Positions 39,228 to 50,871 of a stretch of 64,000 bases of DNA are shown in pieces. The stretch covers positions 1,116,001 through 1,180,000 of the forward strand of contig JADEYG010000004.1 in NCBI GenBank assembly GCA_016906335.1, given 5' to 3'. How positions within the stretch are numbered: position 1 is the first letter of the stretch; the number at the start of each line of letters is the position of its first letter. The notes beneath the pieces are model-generated. The model was not told where the DNA came from, did not search any database, and saw only the letters and a list, made by a program, of their open reading frames with translations. The translations under genes were made by a program, and so were the position numbers. The stretch comes from Novakomyces olei (lineage: Eukaryota).

Positions 39228-42110
39228 ATGGCTTCGTATATGGTCGTGCATCCGAGCTACTCGACGGCCGATACGCCGTCCGTCGAGCAGCTGCGAACAG
39301 CATTGGAGTCGCGGTCGGATTCGGTCAAGATCGAAACTATGAAGACGATTTTAACGCTCTTATTGAACGGAGAGAACATGTCTCCATTGCTCATGCACGT
39401 AATCCGCTTTGTAATGCCGAGCAAGAACAAGTCTCTCAAGAAACTGCTCTACTTTTTTTACGAAGCAGTTCCCAAGAACAATGCGGACGGAACACTAAAG
39501 CAGGAGTTTATTCTTGCCTGTAACGCGATCCGCAATGATCTTCAGCACCCAAACGAATTCGTGCGCGGCAACACGCTTCGCTTCGTGTGCAAGCTGAGAG
39601 AGCCAGAGCTTCTGGAGCCTTTGATTCCTACAGTCCGAGCGTGCCTGGAGCACCGGCATGCGTATGTACGTAAAAACGCGGTATGGGCAACTATGACAAT
39701 CTACCAGCTATCGGATCATTTGCTACCAGACGCGCCCCAATTGCTCTTTAATCTTCTTGAATCCGAGTCGGATGTTACATGCAAAAGAAATGCGTTTGTA
39801 GCCCTTTCTGCCCTGGACAGTGGACTCGCTCAGCAATGGCTGAGTGCTGTCTTTGACTCTGTTCCGGCAATGGACGATTTATTGCAGCTGGCTATCATCG
39901 ATTCCTTCCGGAAGGATCTTGTTGCTCACCCGCAAAACAAGCAACGCTACTTGCGTGCTCTTTTCGATCTGCTGGAGTCAACGGAAAACGTGGTTGCCTA
40001 CGAAGCAGCTTGCACCCTTTACTCGCTAACAAGCAATCCGGTAGCGGTTCGGGCTTCCGCTGCAAAGCTACTGCAGCTCGTGCTTAAGGAGCCTGACAGC
40101 AATGCAAAGCTCATCATGCTCGACCGAGTGGACGAAATTCGCAAGCGCCATACCGGCATACTGGACGATCTTGTTATGGACTTGCTCCGTCTACTCGCCA
40201 GTCCAGACTTGGAGGTCCGAAAACGTGTACTGTCTATTGTTCTCTCCGTCACTGTTAACCGCAACGTGGAGGATGTAGTGCTCGTTTTGAAAAAGGAACT
40301 GAGTAAGACTCTGGACCAGGATTACGAAGAAGGCACAGCTGAGTATCGTCAATCCCTAACACATGCTATTCATCAGTGTGCTATCCGCTTCCCCAAAGTC
40401 GCCTCCTCTGTCATCTATTTGCTCCTTGATTTCATTGCTGATTTCAACTCTGCGTCTTCTGTGGAAATTGTTACGTTTATCAAAGAAGTTATGGAAAAGT
40501 TTCCTGATTTACGGGGTGAAATTATGACGCGTCTGCTTGCCGCCCTGATGGAGGTTAAAGCGGCCAAAGTCTTTCGTGGATCTCTTTGGATTATCGGCGA
40601 GTATTCTAAGAGCGAAAAGGAGATTCAAGAGGCCTGGAAAATGATTCGTAAAAGTGTCGGAGAGATTCCTATTCTCGCCAGCGAACAACGCGTCCTCGCC
40701 GAATTATCTCGAGACGGAGAGGAGGAAAGCAATGGCGAAGCCCGAGAGGCCCGAGAAGCGCTTTCGGCAGCGAGTCGTAAAATTCTGCCGGACGGAACTT
40801 ATGCCAGCAATACGGCTCTGACAAGTTCAAGCGAGGCGGCTAAAGTTGAGGCGGTTAAAGCCAAGAGCAAACCTCCGTTGCGCAGTTTTATTCTCGATGG
40901 AGACTTTTACTTGGCCACCACACTTTGTGCCACGCTGGTGAAGCTTGTCATCCAGTACGCGAGTTTGAGCAATCAATCTTCTCCGGATCAAAAGCATTCA
41001 CGAGCTCTGGCCAGACTAAACAGCCTTAAAGCAGAGGCAATGCTGATAATGACCTCCGTTATCCGTGTTGGGCAGTCAGAATTTGCTCGAAGGCCGATCG
41101 ATGAGGACTCTGTAGACCAGGTTATGTCGTGTATAAAGGCACTGACAACTACTCAACAGTCTCAAGCAGATTTAGAGCGCATCTTTTTGCAGGATACAAA
41201 GCAGGCATTTACAGAGATGCTGAGAGCTGACGAGGCAGAGCGCCGGGACAAGGCTCGACGTGATTTGGCCAACAAGGCAGTTCAGCCGGACGATGCTCTA
41301 GACATTAGGCAACTGTCTCGAAAAGACGATTTGGCCGCTGATGATTTAGCAGACGTAAGCAACCTGTCATTGGCTGCTGTTCCTGCTTCGACCAGCCAAG
41401 ACCTGTCCTCTAAACTGGCTCAAGTTCAGCAGCTCACAGGGTTTTCTGATCCAATCTACGCAGAGGCAGTAGTGAAAGTGAGTCAGTTTGATATTTTGCT
41501 CGACGTTCTCCTCGTCAATCAAACAAGCGAGACTCTGCAAAACTTGACCGTTGAATTTGCCACTCTCGGCAATATCCGTATTGTCGACCGACCCGCGCCA
41601 CTGAATATGGCCCCTCACACTTTTGTCAGTGTTCAAGCGTCGGCCCGAGTCTCCTCAACTGAGACTGGCGTCATTTTCGGCAACGTCAGTTTTAACTATC
41701 CCAATTTGGAAAACGAATTTGTCATTCTGAACAGCATCCACGTGTACATTCTTGATTACATAAGGCCTGGTTATGTAAGCGAAGCCGCTTTCCGTTCCAT
41801 GTGGACGGAATTTGAGTGGGAGAATAAGATAATTATCAACGTGCCAAAGACGGAACTGAGCCTGCGCGATTATTTGCGACAGCTCGAGCGCAAAACTAAC
41901 ATGAACTGTTTGACTCCGGAGAATTCTCTTCGTGGAGACTGTGTTTTGCTGTCGGCCAATTTGTACGCCAAGTCTGTCTTTGGTGAAGATGCACTCATGA
42001 ATGTCAGCGTGGAAAAGCAGCCGGATGGTGGGATTGTGGGTCATGCACGGATACGTAGCAAGGGACAGGGAATTGCTCTGAGTATTGGCGACCTTGTGGA
42101 GAAAAAGTGA
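39228..42110 (+). CDS. SEC26: coatomer beta subunit
   Basis: RNDLQHPNEFVRGNTLRF, QLTGFSDPIYAEA, FRSMWTEFEWENK, RIRSKGQGIALSIGD. Confidence 0.96.
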   Translation: MASYMVVHPSYSTADTPSVEQLRTALESRSDSVKIETMKTILTLLLNGENMSPLLMHVIRFVMPSKNKSLKKLLYFFYEAVPKNNADGTLKQEFILACNAIRNDLQHPNEFVRGNTLRFVCKLREPELLEPLIPTVRACLEHRHAYVRKNAVWATMTIYQLSDHLLPDAPQLLFNLLESESDVTCKRNAFVALSALDSGLAQQWLSAVFDSVPAMDDLLQLAIIDSFRKDLVAHPQNKQRYLRALFDLLESTENVVAYEAACTLYSLTSNPVAVRASAAKLLQLVLKEPDSNAKLIMLDRVDEIRKRHTGILDDLVMDLLRLLASPDLEVRKRVLSIVLSVTVNRNVEDVVLVLKKELSKTLDQDYEEGTAEYRQSLTHAIHQCAIRFPKVASSVIYLLLDFIADFNSASSVEIVTFIKEVMEKFPDLRGEIMTRLLAALMEVKAAKVFRGSLWIIGEYSKSEKEIQEAWKMIRKSVGEIPILASEQRVLAELSRDGEEESNGEAREAREALSAASRKILPDGTYASNTALTSSSEAAKVEAVKAKSKPPLRSFILDGDFYLATTLCATLVKLVIQYASLSNQSSPDQKHSRALARLNSLKAEAMLIMTSVIRVGQSEFARRPIDEDSVDQVMSCIKALTTTQQSQADLERIFLQDTKQAFTEMLRADEAERRDKARRDLANKAVQPDDALDIRQLSRKDDLAADDLADVSNLSLAAVPASTSQDLSSKLAQVQQLTGFSDPIYAEAVVKVSQFDILLDVLLVNQTSETLQNLTVEFATLGNIRIVDRPAPLNMAPHTFVSVQASARVSSTETGVIFGNVSFNYPNLENEFVILNSIHVYILDYIRPGYVSEAAFRSMWTEFEWENKIIINVPKTELSLRDYLRQLERKTNMNCLTPENSLRGDCVLLSANLYAKSVFGEDALMNVSVEKQPDGGIVGHARIRSKGQGIALSIGDLVEKK

Positions 42111-42621
42111 GCAGTTAGTACGATTTACATCAATAAGAAGTTATTCTAGAATACGTAAAGGCATTAATTATTCCAAAAAAAACTAGACAAAACAAGAGTT
42201 TAGTAATAATTTGCCAAGGACGATTGTACAGACAGTTGTACAAGAATAATGTAAAAATGAAATAATGTAAATAGGAATAATATAAATAGGGAAAGCAATA
42301 ATATAATAGTATATCATAGTATAAAATAAGATCAAATCCGAAAGCCGTGGCTTATAGGCACGTGCAAGCGAACATTCAAGCATGAACGAGACGCATACAA
42401 GACTGTTGTATACAGAGAAGAAAGACATACATAAAAGGTAACTAAACAGCAAAATGGAAAAGTATCAAAATAAAATATTTATAATAAACAAATAATTTGC
42501 TATACCACAAACCTGCATCCAAAACGCTGACCCTTCCAAACGTAATTCAAGAGGGGAAATAGAAATAAACAAATAAAACTGACTATAGTATACAGAACAC
42601 GATTCGGCCGCGAGGACTCTA

Positions 42622-44022
42622 TCAACGAGGCTCACAGGAAGGAAACCAAGCTGACGGTACGTGTTTCAGGTACAGTTGTTGGAACCTGTGAAATTAGTAC
42701 GATGCTTGAAAAGATAAATCAAAAATAAAATAAACAATCATTTATAATAAGTTATAATTTAAAAAACGTGTGTATACAATTGTATACTCCAATCCAAACG
42801 CAAGCGAAAAACTCACATTTCAGAATTCTTGTGATAGTACAGCCCTTGAATAGCTCCGCTATCTTGGTCGAAGCAAATATAATAAAATCCGGCATAGCTG
42901 ACACCATCAAGCCCCGGTCTTCTCTCTGGCCGTGAAGCTGAGTTTTGCGCCCGTGAAGAGGAGGAAGCAGTCGTAGTAGCAGACTCTCGAGAGCTTCGAG
43001 GTCCCAGGTAAGGAGGCACAGGTACACGTTGCGAATTCTGTGGTTCATCATAATTTTCAGCATCGTCAAAGGCCTCTGTCAGTGACGTGGTCCCACGTCT
43101 TTCTCCGCCAACTGCTCCGCCGGTCATTCCTGTACTGTTATTAGCGGAAAAAGGCGATGGCGCCTGCCGACGGTGATGTTGATGGTGGCCGTATTGGTGA
43201 TTATGATTCTGGTGGGATAGATCAAACATGTCATGGAAATCCCACCCATATTTGACTATACACATCTCCTTCCATCGCATGAAAATCTGAGGCTGTTCCA
43301 GCACCGAGGGCAGGGTGTATCCATTCTGAACTGCCTCTTTGGACACGGCTTTAAATGCTCCAAACCTGGACCAATGCTGCAAGTCCACCTTCTCGGAAGA
43401 TCCCCAGTCGGGTCTTCGTGTGAGAAAAGAGTACTTGGGGCCGATTATATCGCCCTCAAAGTAAGTCGTGAGCGAGCAGTAATCTTCCGTCAGGCCCTGG
43501 ATGCACAGGTAGCCAGAAAGTACAGAGTCGTCCACATCCACGTGCTGCAATACGACGCTTACGTCATATATAGATCGGCCGGATTGCTGCTTTCCGTGGA
43601 AGCGAGCGCCCGATCTTAGGAAGGAAGACAGTTCCCGCGGACGGTGCTTTATCGGTTTAGTACTTGCAGTAAAATAAACCTATTTCTTTTTTCTTTTCAT
43701 TCTGATCATTTATTTATTAAGCTATTTTTGTAACAATTTTCAATCAAAGCCATCTTGCATTACGTACCCTTACGCCGAGATCGTGGAGAGGATCAAATAT
43801 ATCGAGCGAGTGGGGAACGGAACTTTGCCGGCTGGATTTTCCGTTCTCGTCGTCGCCCTCTTCGTCATCGTAGATCGTGTCAACGAGAGCAAAAGGCCGA
43901 AGCCGTTTTGTCAGTAAACGCCGACGTTCGGCGCTAGTAGCCGCAGCGGCATCTGTGTCAGCTGCGGCTTTTACGGCCTCCGAGCAAGCAATACGCTCGC
44001 ACCGGAGATCGCTCGACGGCAT
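42622..44022 (-). CDS. VID24: Gid4/Vid24 substrate receptor of the GID E3 ligase (2 introns)
   Basis: SFLRSGARFHGKQQS, GYLCIQGLT, TTYFEGDIIG, DLQHWSRF, IFMRWKE, SYAGFYYICF, and a last exon FQQLYL. Confidence 0.9.
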
Positions 44023-44443
44023 TTGGGGTAAGTGTGTGTCTGATTTTGTGTCCCATAATACTCATATATCTCAATGCATACGTGTATGCAGCGAATCTAG
44101 TGCAAAAGATATGCCATATTTCGGCAGCATTGGTATGTAATCTTGCATGCCGGTATGCCGAGAAATGCGATAATGTGCGGAATATACTTAAATAAACGGT
44201 GGAAAAATCGTGCAATTAAATTAATTGGAGTTAAACGCAGAATCAAGTTGGAATTAAACGTAGAATTGGACTATAAAACCTCTATAAACCTGTATACAAT
44301 ACAACGATAAACTGCTGGACAAATGCTATAGAAATACCGAATGCCGAATGCATTATGCAATTATTAATATACGCGACACATACAAAAACAGGTAATAATT
44401 ACACTATAAATAAAACCCCATGTATAGCTGCCCCCACAGGACC

Positions 44444-45886
44444 ATGTTTTGCCTGTCCCTCCGGAGGCAGCGTGAGCCCGTGCGCCGACTGGTCCGGTGC
44501 GCGTCTCATGCGGCTCGCTATATTAACTTATCCAAAACTGGTTCTCGGAGGCTGGTTGCCGTTTATGGCCGCGATAGTCCGCGATTCTTACAGGGGCTTT
44601 CCACCAAATTGACACCGCACAAGAAACAAGACGGAGCTAATTTTTGTGCGTTTTTAAACGCGAAGGTAAGATTTATGCCAGGATTTTGAGACGCTTGAAA
44701 GTTGAAGATTTGGCCGTTTGGTTTTTTATTTTTATTTTTATTTTTTCCTTTTTGTTTTTGTTTCTGTTTTTGTTTTTTTTTTTACAGGTGGTTTGCACAA
44801 TTTTGTAAGTGCGCTTTCTATTTTCTGCGAGCGTGATGCACAGATATCATTGAAAGAGGCGCGCAGACGCAACTTTGATCGTTTGTGTCGTGCGCATACA
44901 GTGAAAGACTATACGCTCTCGCTGAGATTAAAGAAAATATACGATTCTATACATATCTATCATCGAAAATGATATCCCGTGCCCTTATGCCTGCTAACGT
45001 TCAGGGTCGTTTATTGTACGATGCTTTCATTTACCCGGCACAGCAAAGTAGCGAATTTAGACGGTACTTTTCCATTGAAAATGCTGATGATCCTGCCTAT
45101 ATGATCGAGGTTGATGGAGAATTAGTGGACGAATTAATATCACATTTCAAGCTTTACAAGCTGCGGAATAAAATCAATTTTGGCCCCGTCGATCCCGAAC
45201 ATTGGAGTATTTGTTCCCTCTGGCAGCCCGATAAATGTCTTCACAATACACTGGCGCTTGGCACGGATACGATTGACTGCTATGACAAACGATCGCCGGC
45301 TATGGGGCTGCGATTGATACGGCATGAGCCGAACACAGATCTTATAAGCCAAGAGTTTGATACTCTTGGCTCAGTAATGCAGGCGGATCTGGCAGAGTAC
45401 CGGCTGCATCGGTATTGTACAGGCGTGCCGGAAGGAAGTTTAGAGCTTCCTCCGGCCAGTGCATTACCGCTGCCCAGTAACTTTGATCTAATGGGAGGAA
45501 TAGATTTTCAAAGAGGCTGTTACATTGGACAAGAGCTTACTGTAAGAACTCACCTCACGGGGACTGTAAGACGAAGGCTGTGTCCGGTTCAGCTTTATTC
45601 TGCTGAAATCGATAATAATAAACCTCCAATACCAGATCAGCTGACGCCGAGACTCGATTCACCTCTGTCTGCAGGTTTCGAACATGGCGCTGAAATTTTG
45701 GGAGAAAAGCAGTCTCGACGTCCTCCAGGCCGGCTTGTTTCAGCTGTGGGTAATGTGGGAATTGCCTCTGTGTCCCTGAAGGAAATGTTATCTGGCGATA
45801 CAAGCCAGACGTCCACGTTCAGTCTAAACGATACCGTAAAGGTAAAGGCGTTTGCGCCTTCATGGTGGCCTCAAAATTTGGAGTAG
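44444..45886 (+). CDS. IBA57: mitochondrial Fe-S maturation factor Iba57/Caf17 (GcvT family; intron ~44666-45004)
   Basis: GRDSPRFLQGLST, FLNAK-GRLLYD, YKLRNKI and the RGCYIGQELT signature. Confidence 0.9.
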
Positions 45887-46444
45887 AAATGGTGCGTACA
45901 CTGCGAAACCAATAATGAAGATGAATACCAGAAATATTGTAACACAACTTGCCATTTTGACAGTGAAAAGGATTAGAATAATGTTTATGATGGATTAACG
46001 GTGTGAATTTTTCATGTCTTTTCGAAACATGTAAACAATAGATATAAAAAATATATTCTGAGCTGACAGACCACAGTTCTTGGTGCTTTGACAATGTTTT
46101 GATCGGTATATGAGTCTGTTAGTCAGACACAACTCTGCCAGATGCTCCCTCTCAAGGAAATCATGATTTGCTCGCCTATTCTATTAATCATTGTGGAGGA
46201 AAATCCAAGTAATATCAGATTATAAGGAAAGAAATAATAATAAAAGCTCAACGTATTATTGTATGTCAACATAATGTTCCCACAGTATATTACGTAACAT
46301 AATATTGTATGTTATTGTACTGTATCGCAAGTCTAGAGCAAGTAATATTGGAGCATAGTAAGTTTCTTCTACACTGTAATATTTACCTGTACACACATAA
46401 TTTAAGCCCGACAAGTGCTAATTAATTGACTCGAAAAATTATAC

Positions 46445-47702
46445 ATGGCGGCCGCGAGCGCCGACATTTACGAGTCCAAGCTGGTAAAGCAGCTGGCGTC
46501 TAATGGTAAGCCTTTGTCTCCTGGCACCTTTCTAATCGATTGGCGACGCTAATTAATGAAACAGATGACAGCACTCGGGAGGCGGCATTAGAGGCTCTCA
46601 CACGCTTTCTCGCTCAGCGCAGCAATTTTACACACGTCGACTTGATGCGGCTATGGCGCGGTCTTTTCTACTGTACTTGACCCTTACCTTCTTGTTTTTG
46701 TGCTTTGTTTCATAAACCTGTTTTATTCCTAAACGATGTTGGTCGTTAAAATTGTCGTCGATAAACGATACTGTTCTTGTTTAAATTCTAGTTTATTTAT
46801 CGCTTTGATATGTGTCTAACTAGAGGCATGTGGATGGCTGATCGGCCTCTATACCAGCAGCGACTCGCCGACGAACTGGCCGGTTTGATTTCTCGTATTC
46901 AGCAACAAAATGCGGTTCCTTTCATGAGAGCTTTCTGGGAAACAGTGTCGCTCGAATGGCCGGGAATCGATCAATTCCGGCTGGACAAATTCTATCTTTT
47001 AATGCGGCGAATATGTGAAGCAGGGTTCACTTTTTTATCGAGAGTAAAATGGGATCCGTCTCGCATTGAGGAGTATTCCACAATGCTGAGCAATGTTCCT
47101 TTATCGTATGATAATACATGTTTCTATTTATTCGTCTGAGCGCAACTCGTTCTTCCGTTATTTCGCTACTAACTGGATTTAGACCTAACGATAAGCGGGT
47201 ACCGAATGGCATTCGTTTTCATGTTATCGAGATTTTTTTGGAAAGCTTGGACAAGCAGTTAAAACCCAGCAGAAAAGGCTCAATAAAGCAAGGCTCCAAA
47301 TCGTCTGCAAATTATACAGGGCTGGACCAAACTTGTTTGAGACAATTGCTAGAGCCCTTTGTGCGACTGGCGCGGGAGTCGCCGACCAAGGTCGTTCGTA
47401 TTCGTGCTCGAGAATTGCTGCACGATCCGTTACTTGAGAGCTGGGGGTTTGAAACTGCAAGTTTACTCCAGAAGAATGGAGGAGACTCTGCAGGCAAAGA
47501 AGGATCGAGCGAAGAAGAATGGATGGGGATTGGTGATAGCGCGCTAGACGATGATAACCAGCAAGTACCAGGCGATGGGTCCATATTACGGGTCAAGCCT
47601 TTATCTGCAAAGAAAGGGAAAAGAAAGATTCTAGTCAATGCTGCTTCACATTACAAAGGCCAGTCGGGCGGGAAAGGGGCAAAGAAACACCGGCGAAGAT
47701 GA
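46445..47702 (+). CDS. RRP1: Rrp1/Nop52 rRNA-processing protein (3 introns)
   Basis: [54 protein letters not shown]. Confidence 0.9.
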
Positions 47703-49203
47703 TTTTGAAATAAGAATTACCCATTTGTGCATCAATGACTAGTTTTATTTAATTCGCGTTTGCGGCTGTAGATAGATTGTCTAGAAATTTAATTCCTATC
47801 CCATTTTTTCTATTTTCTATTTTTAATTTTAAATTTATATTTTTACACCTTTAAAGCCGTCCTCGTTAGCGGTAACAATAATAAAAACGTAAAAAGACAA
47901 ATGCATCCATTCTGCCTCAAATACAAATCAATTATAATCTTGTCGTTTTGTCTCCAGCAAAATTCACTGTGAAGATGACTGTTTAATGCATCTCTGTCTG
48001 TTATCTGTCAAGCTTCAGCATACAACTTGACGTAATGAAATTCTGTCTTATCGAGCACAATTTTTACTAGTTAAAACCCTAATCACTAATCCGCAAAAGA
48101 ACCATGTAAGGGTTTTTATTAGTTAATGTATTTATCATATTTATCGGTTCATGTTACGAGATGTAGATACTCCAAAAATAAAGGCTTTACAGCGACGCCT
48201 CAAAGAAAGCATCCAGTCAATGATGCAATGGCTTTGAAATTCAATGCTTCTCTTAGCGATCCAAACTTTAATGTTGAGCCTTATAAATGAAGGGCATATT
48301 GACTGCACAAGTCTTCGGGTAAGGTCATTGTCGATTTGACTATTTGGCGCCCTTATTTGCTTGCTGCTCTTAAGCCAAACTAATCTTTTATAGCCCTTAC
48401 CTTTTGAGCTTTACTGGCCTTTGCACCGTCTCCATGTGCAACCATTCTGCTCGCAAGTTCTATACAGTTTTCAGTTCATATTATGTAATTTATTTAATTC
48501 ATACTAAACTGATCCTAGCAATCATTACCCGAATGTAATGCTGGTTATGCGGACTTAAACAAGATCTAATACACACACGTCGCTCTTCGTTTGTACAACA
48601 AATGGCCACGAGATAAAACTTCAATGTGGCCATTTCAAATAAAATGATAAAACATTGATACGTCCAACGCAAAAACAATTAAACCGTACCGAGACTCTCG
48701 CATTAAACACCATGCGAATGAGTGCAGCGGTTGTGTGTGGAGACAGATTGTGTAATAAATAGCGCAGAACATGCAAGGAATTGATACAAAAACAAATGTG
48801 CACGTAGACGGATCATCGACAACCGGTGTGACCAAAGGAAAATTCCTTCGCCGGATCCCAGAGAACCGACCGATGACTTGTGTAATTGTATCTTTTGGCT
48901 CTTTGCTTTTTCTTTTATAATTTTGTGCTTCATTACATGCCATGATGAGATTCATACCTTTTTGTTTCGAGTCTAGTTTTGTATTTTTAATGCAATGCTG
49001 ACTTTTAGATGCTGACTTTTGATTTTGACTCTAAATTCTTGTTTTAAAAAGAGTATCTTTGAACGGTTTGCTTGCCTTGTACTCTATACATTTCTCACCC
49101 AGAGAGAACCAGAAAAATAAATGAGGAAATGAAGGGGAAAAAGAAGGAAAAGGAAACACAAAAGGAAGGAGAAACAACCAAAATTCAATGCAAGTACCCA
49201 CGC

Positions 49204-50871
49204 TTAAATGTATCGCCGCCAAAGATCAGACGAGGGTCCAATTATAAGAGTGGGTACATCGAAAAATTCTTTGTTTGGCTGAACAACTTTGGATGCAGCG
49301 GCCACGGGCTCCTCCTTCTGAGCCTTTCGAGACGACTTTGGCTGGCGCTTGGCCCCGCCCGGTGCCTTGCACGACCCAGAAACAGGCTTAAAAGACTCCA
49401 TTTGGCCTGAGCCGCCTGGCCCTTTAACCAATCCATGTTTATTGTACATTTGATGGTTGCTGTAATGTTCATGGGACGCGTTTGCTCTTCCAGTTGTGCC
49501 ATCCATGCGTGTGTTCTCGTTTGCGTAGAGTACGGGTTCGTCCGGGTGAGAATAGTCCGACGAGGCCGTTGGTGCGGTACTAAAAGCGTAATACTGAGCG
49601 CAATTGGCCTCTGCAGGATTTGGGAAAAAGAAGGAACCGAGTCCCGGAGTTGGTGCGTAGGGAGAGCAGGATCCCTCGCTGATACCGGAGGAAGTGGTAA
49701 GATCACTTTCTGAGATTGGAGTCCAAAAAATATTGTGATTGTTTGCTGTCGAGCCAAAACCGAGTGGCGTGTTTTGCCCATTTTGCGGCAAATTGGCATT
49801 TTCAGTGAAATAAGCATCAACTGCGTCAATCTCGTGCGCAGAAATTTCACAGGTGGCGAAATCGAAAGCTTGCACGTTATATTCTGCACCCATTTCTTGT
49901 GCCTTTTCATCTTGATCGGCTATTGATGCAAGTGTCGGTGCTGCTATAGACGGAGGAGCCTCGATCGAGGACAGAAATGGAGAAGTAATAGAACTGCTCT
50001 CGTCGTGTAAGAAACTCGGATCCAAACGAGCAGAGTAATCATCAATCCCCGTCTGACTGATGCTACTGCCAGGATTATCGCTCTCCGCGTTTGCACTAGA
50101 ATCAGGATCTGGGAATAAAACGGCCTGAGGCAGATGTTTTCCTTTACAAGAGTCGGCAAAGATGCAAGGGTTTGCGGGGAAAGAAAAGCCGTCTGTAAAC
50201 GACGACGAAGAAATTTCAGAAAACGAGTCCTCCAGCGGCTCTTGGAAAATAGACTGGTTCAAAGTCTCTACCCAAGATTCCAAGTCGTCCATGCTCCACG
50301 ACTGGCTACAAGACATGTCGCCTGTGACTTGTGAGGGCGGCCAAGTATTCGAACAAGAGCCTTGATTAGCAGCCGCAGCAGCTGCTGCTGCTTCTTCCAT
50401 TTCTTGTTTTAACTTGTCCACTGCTTTGGCATTCTTTCTCATTTTTCGAGCCTTGGCTCGTTCTGCTTTGGCATTAGTAGCGACTGGAGCCGTTGCAGCA
50501 CCCGCACGTCTGTCGTGACCATTAACCTGTTTTTTAAACCGCGTCGCTTCAGCCAATGCTAAACGCGTATAGATCTGTTTTACAACGGCAGTTTCATTCC
50601 TCCATAGCTCACCGACGTGCCGGCTCAAGTCAAGGACCGACATTGACCGAATCTTGGAAGAGTCGTCGCCCGATTGTTCCTGCTCTTGAGCGAGAAGCGT
50701 AAGCCGCTGAATTTGGTCACGGCGATAAAGCATGAACGAGTTTAGTGGCCTTTTAACGTCTTCGTTTGCTTCATTTTTAGGTTCCTTTGAACAATCTTTT
50801 TGGCTCAGAGACTCGGTGCTTTCCCCATGTCGAGGCGATTGGGGCCGTCCACGGCGCCTTGTCGCTGTCAT
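49204..50871 (-). CDS. ste11: HMG-box transcription factor, Ste11-like
   Basis: N-terminal VKRPLNSFMLYRRD..GELWRNETAVVK closely matches the fission-yeast Ste11 HMG box as recalled. Followed by a long Ser/acidic disordered tail. Confidence 0.7.
   Translation of the reverse strand: MTATRRRGRPQSPRHGESTESLSQKDCSKEPKNEANEDVKRPLNSFMLYRRDQIQRLTLLAQEQEQSGDDSSKIRSMSVLDLSRHVGELWRNETAVVKQIYTRLALAEATRFKKQVNGHDRRAGAATAPVATNAKAERAKARKMRKNAKAVDKLKQEMEEAAAAAAAANQGSCSNTWPPSQVTGDMSCSQSWSMDDLESWVETLNQSIFQEPLEDSFSEISSSSFTDGFSFPANPCIFADSCKGKHLPQAVLFPDPDSSANAESDNPGSSISQTGIDDYSARLDPSFLHDESSSITSPFLSSIEAPPSIAAPTLASIADQDEKAQEMGAEYNVQAFDFATCEISAHEIDAVDAYFTENANLPQNGQNTPLGFGSTANNHNIFWTPISESDLTTSSGISEGSCSPYAPTPGLGSFFFPNPAEANCAQYYAFSTAPTASSDYSHPDEPVLYANENTRMDGTTGRANASHEHYSNHQMYNKHGLVKGPGGSGQMESFKPVSGSCKAPGGAKRQPKSSRKAQKEEPVAAASKVVQPNKEFFDVPTLIIGPSSDLWRRYI

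Noticed and set aside
11840-42110. Two coatomer subunit genes in one window
   Set aside because: They are 27 kb apart with many unrelated genes between them; this is plausible by chance.
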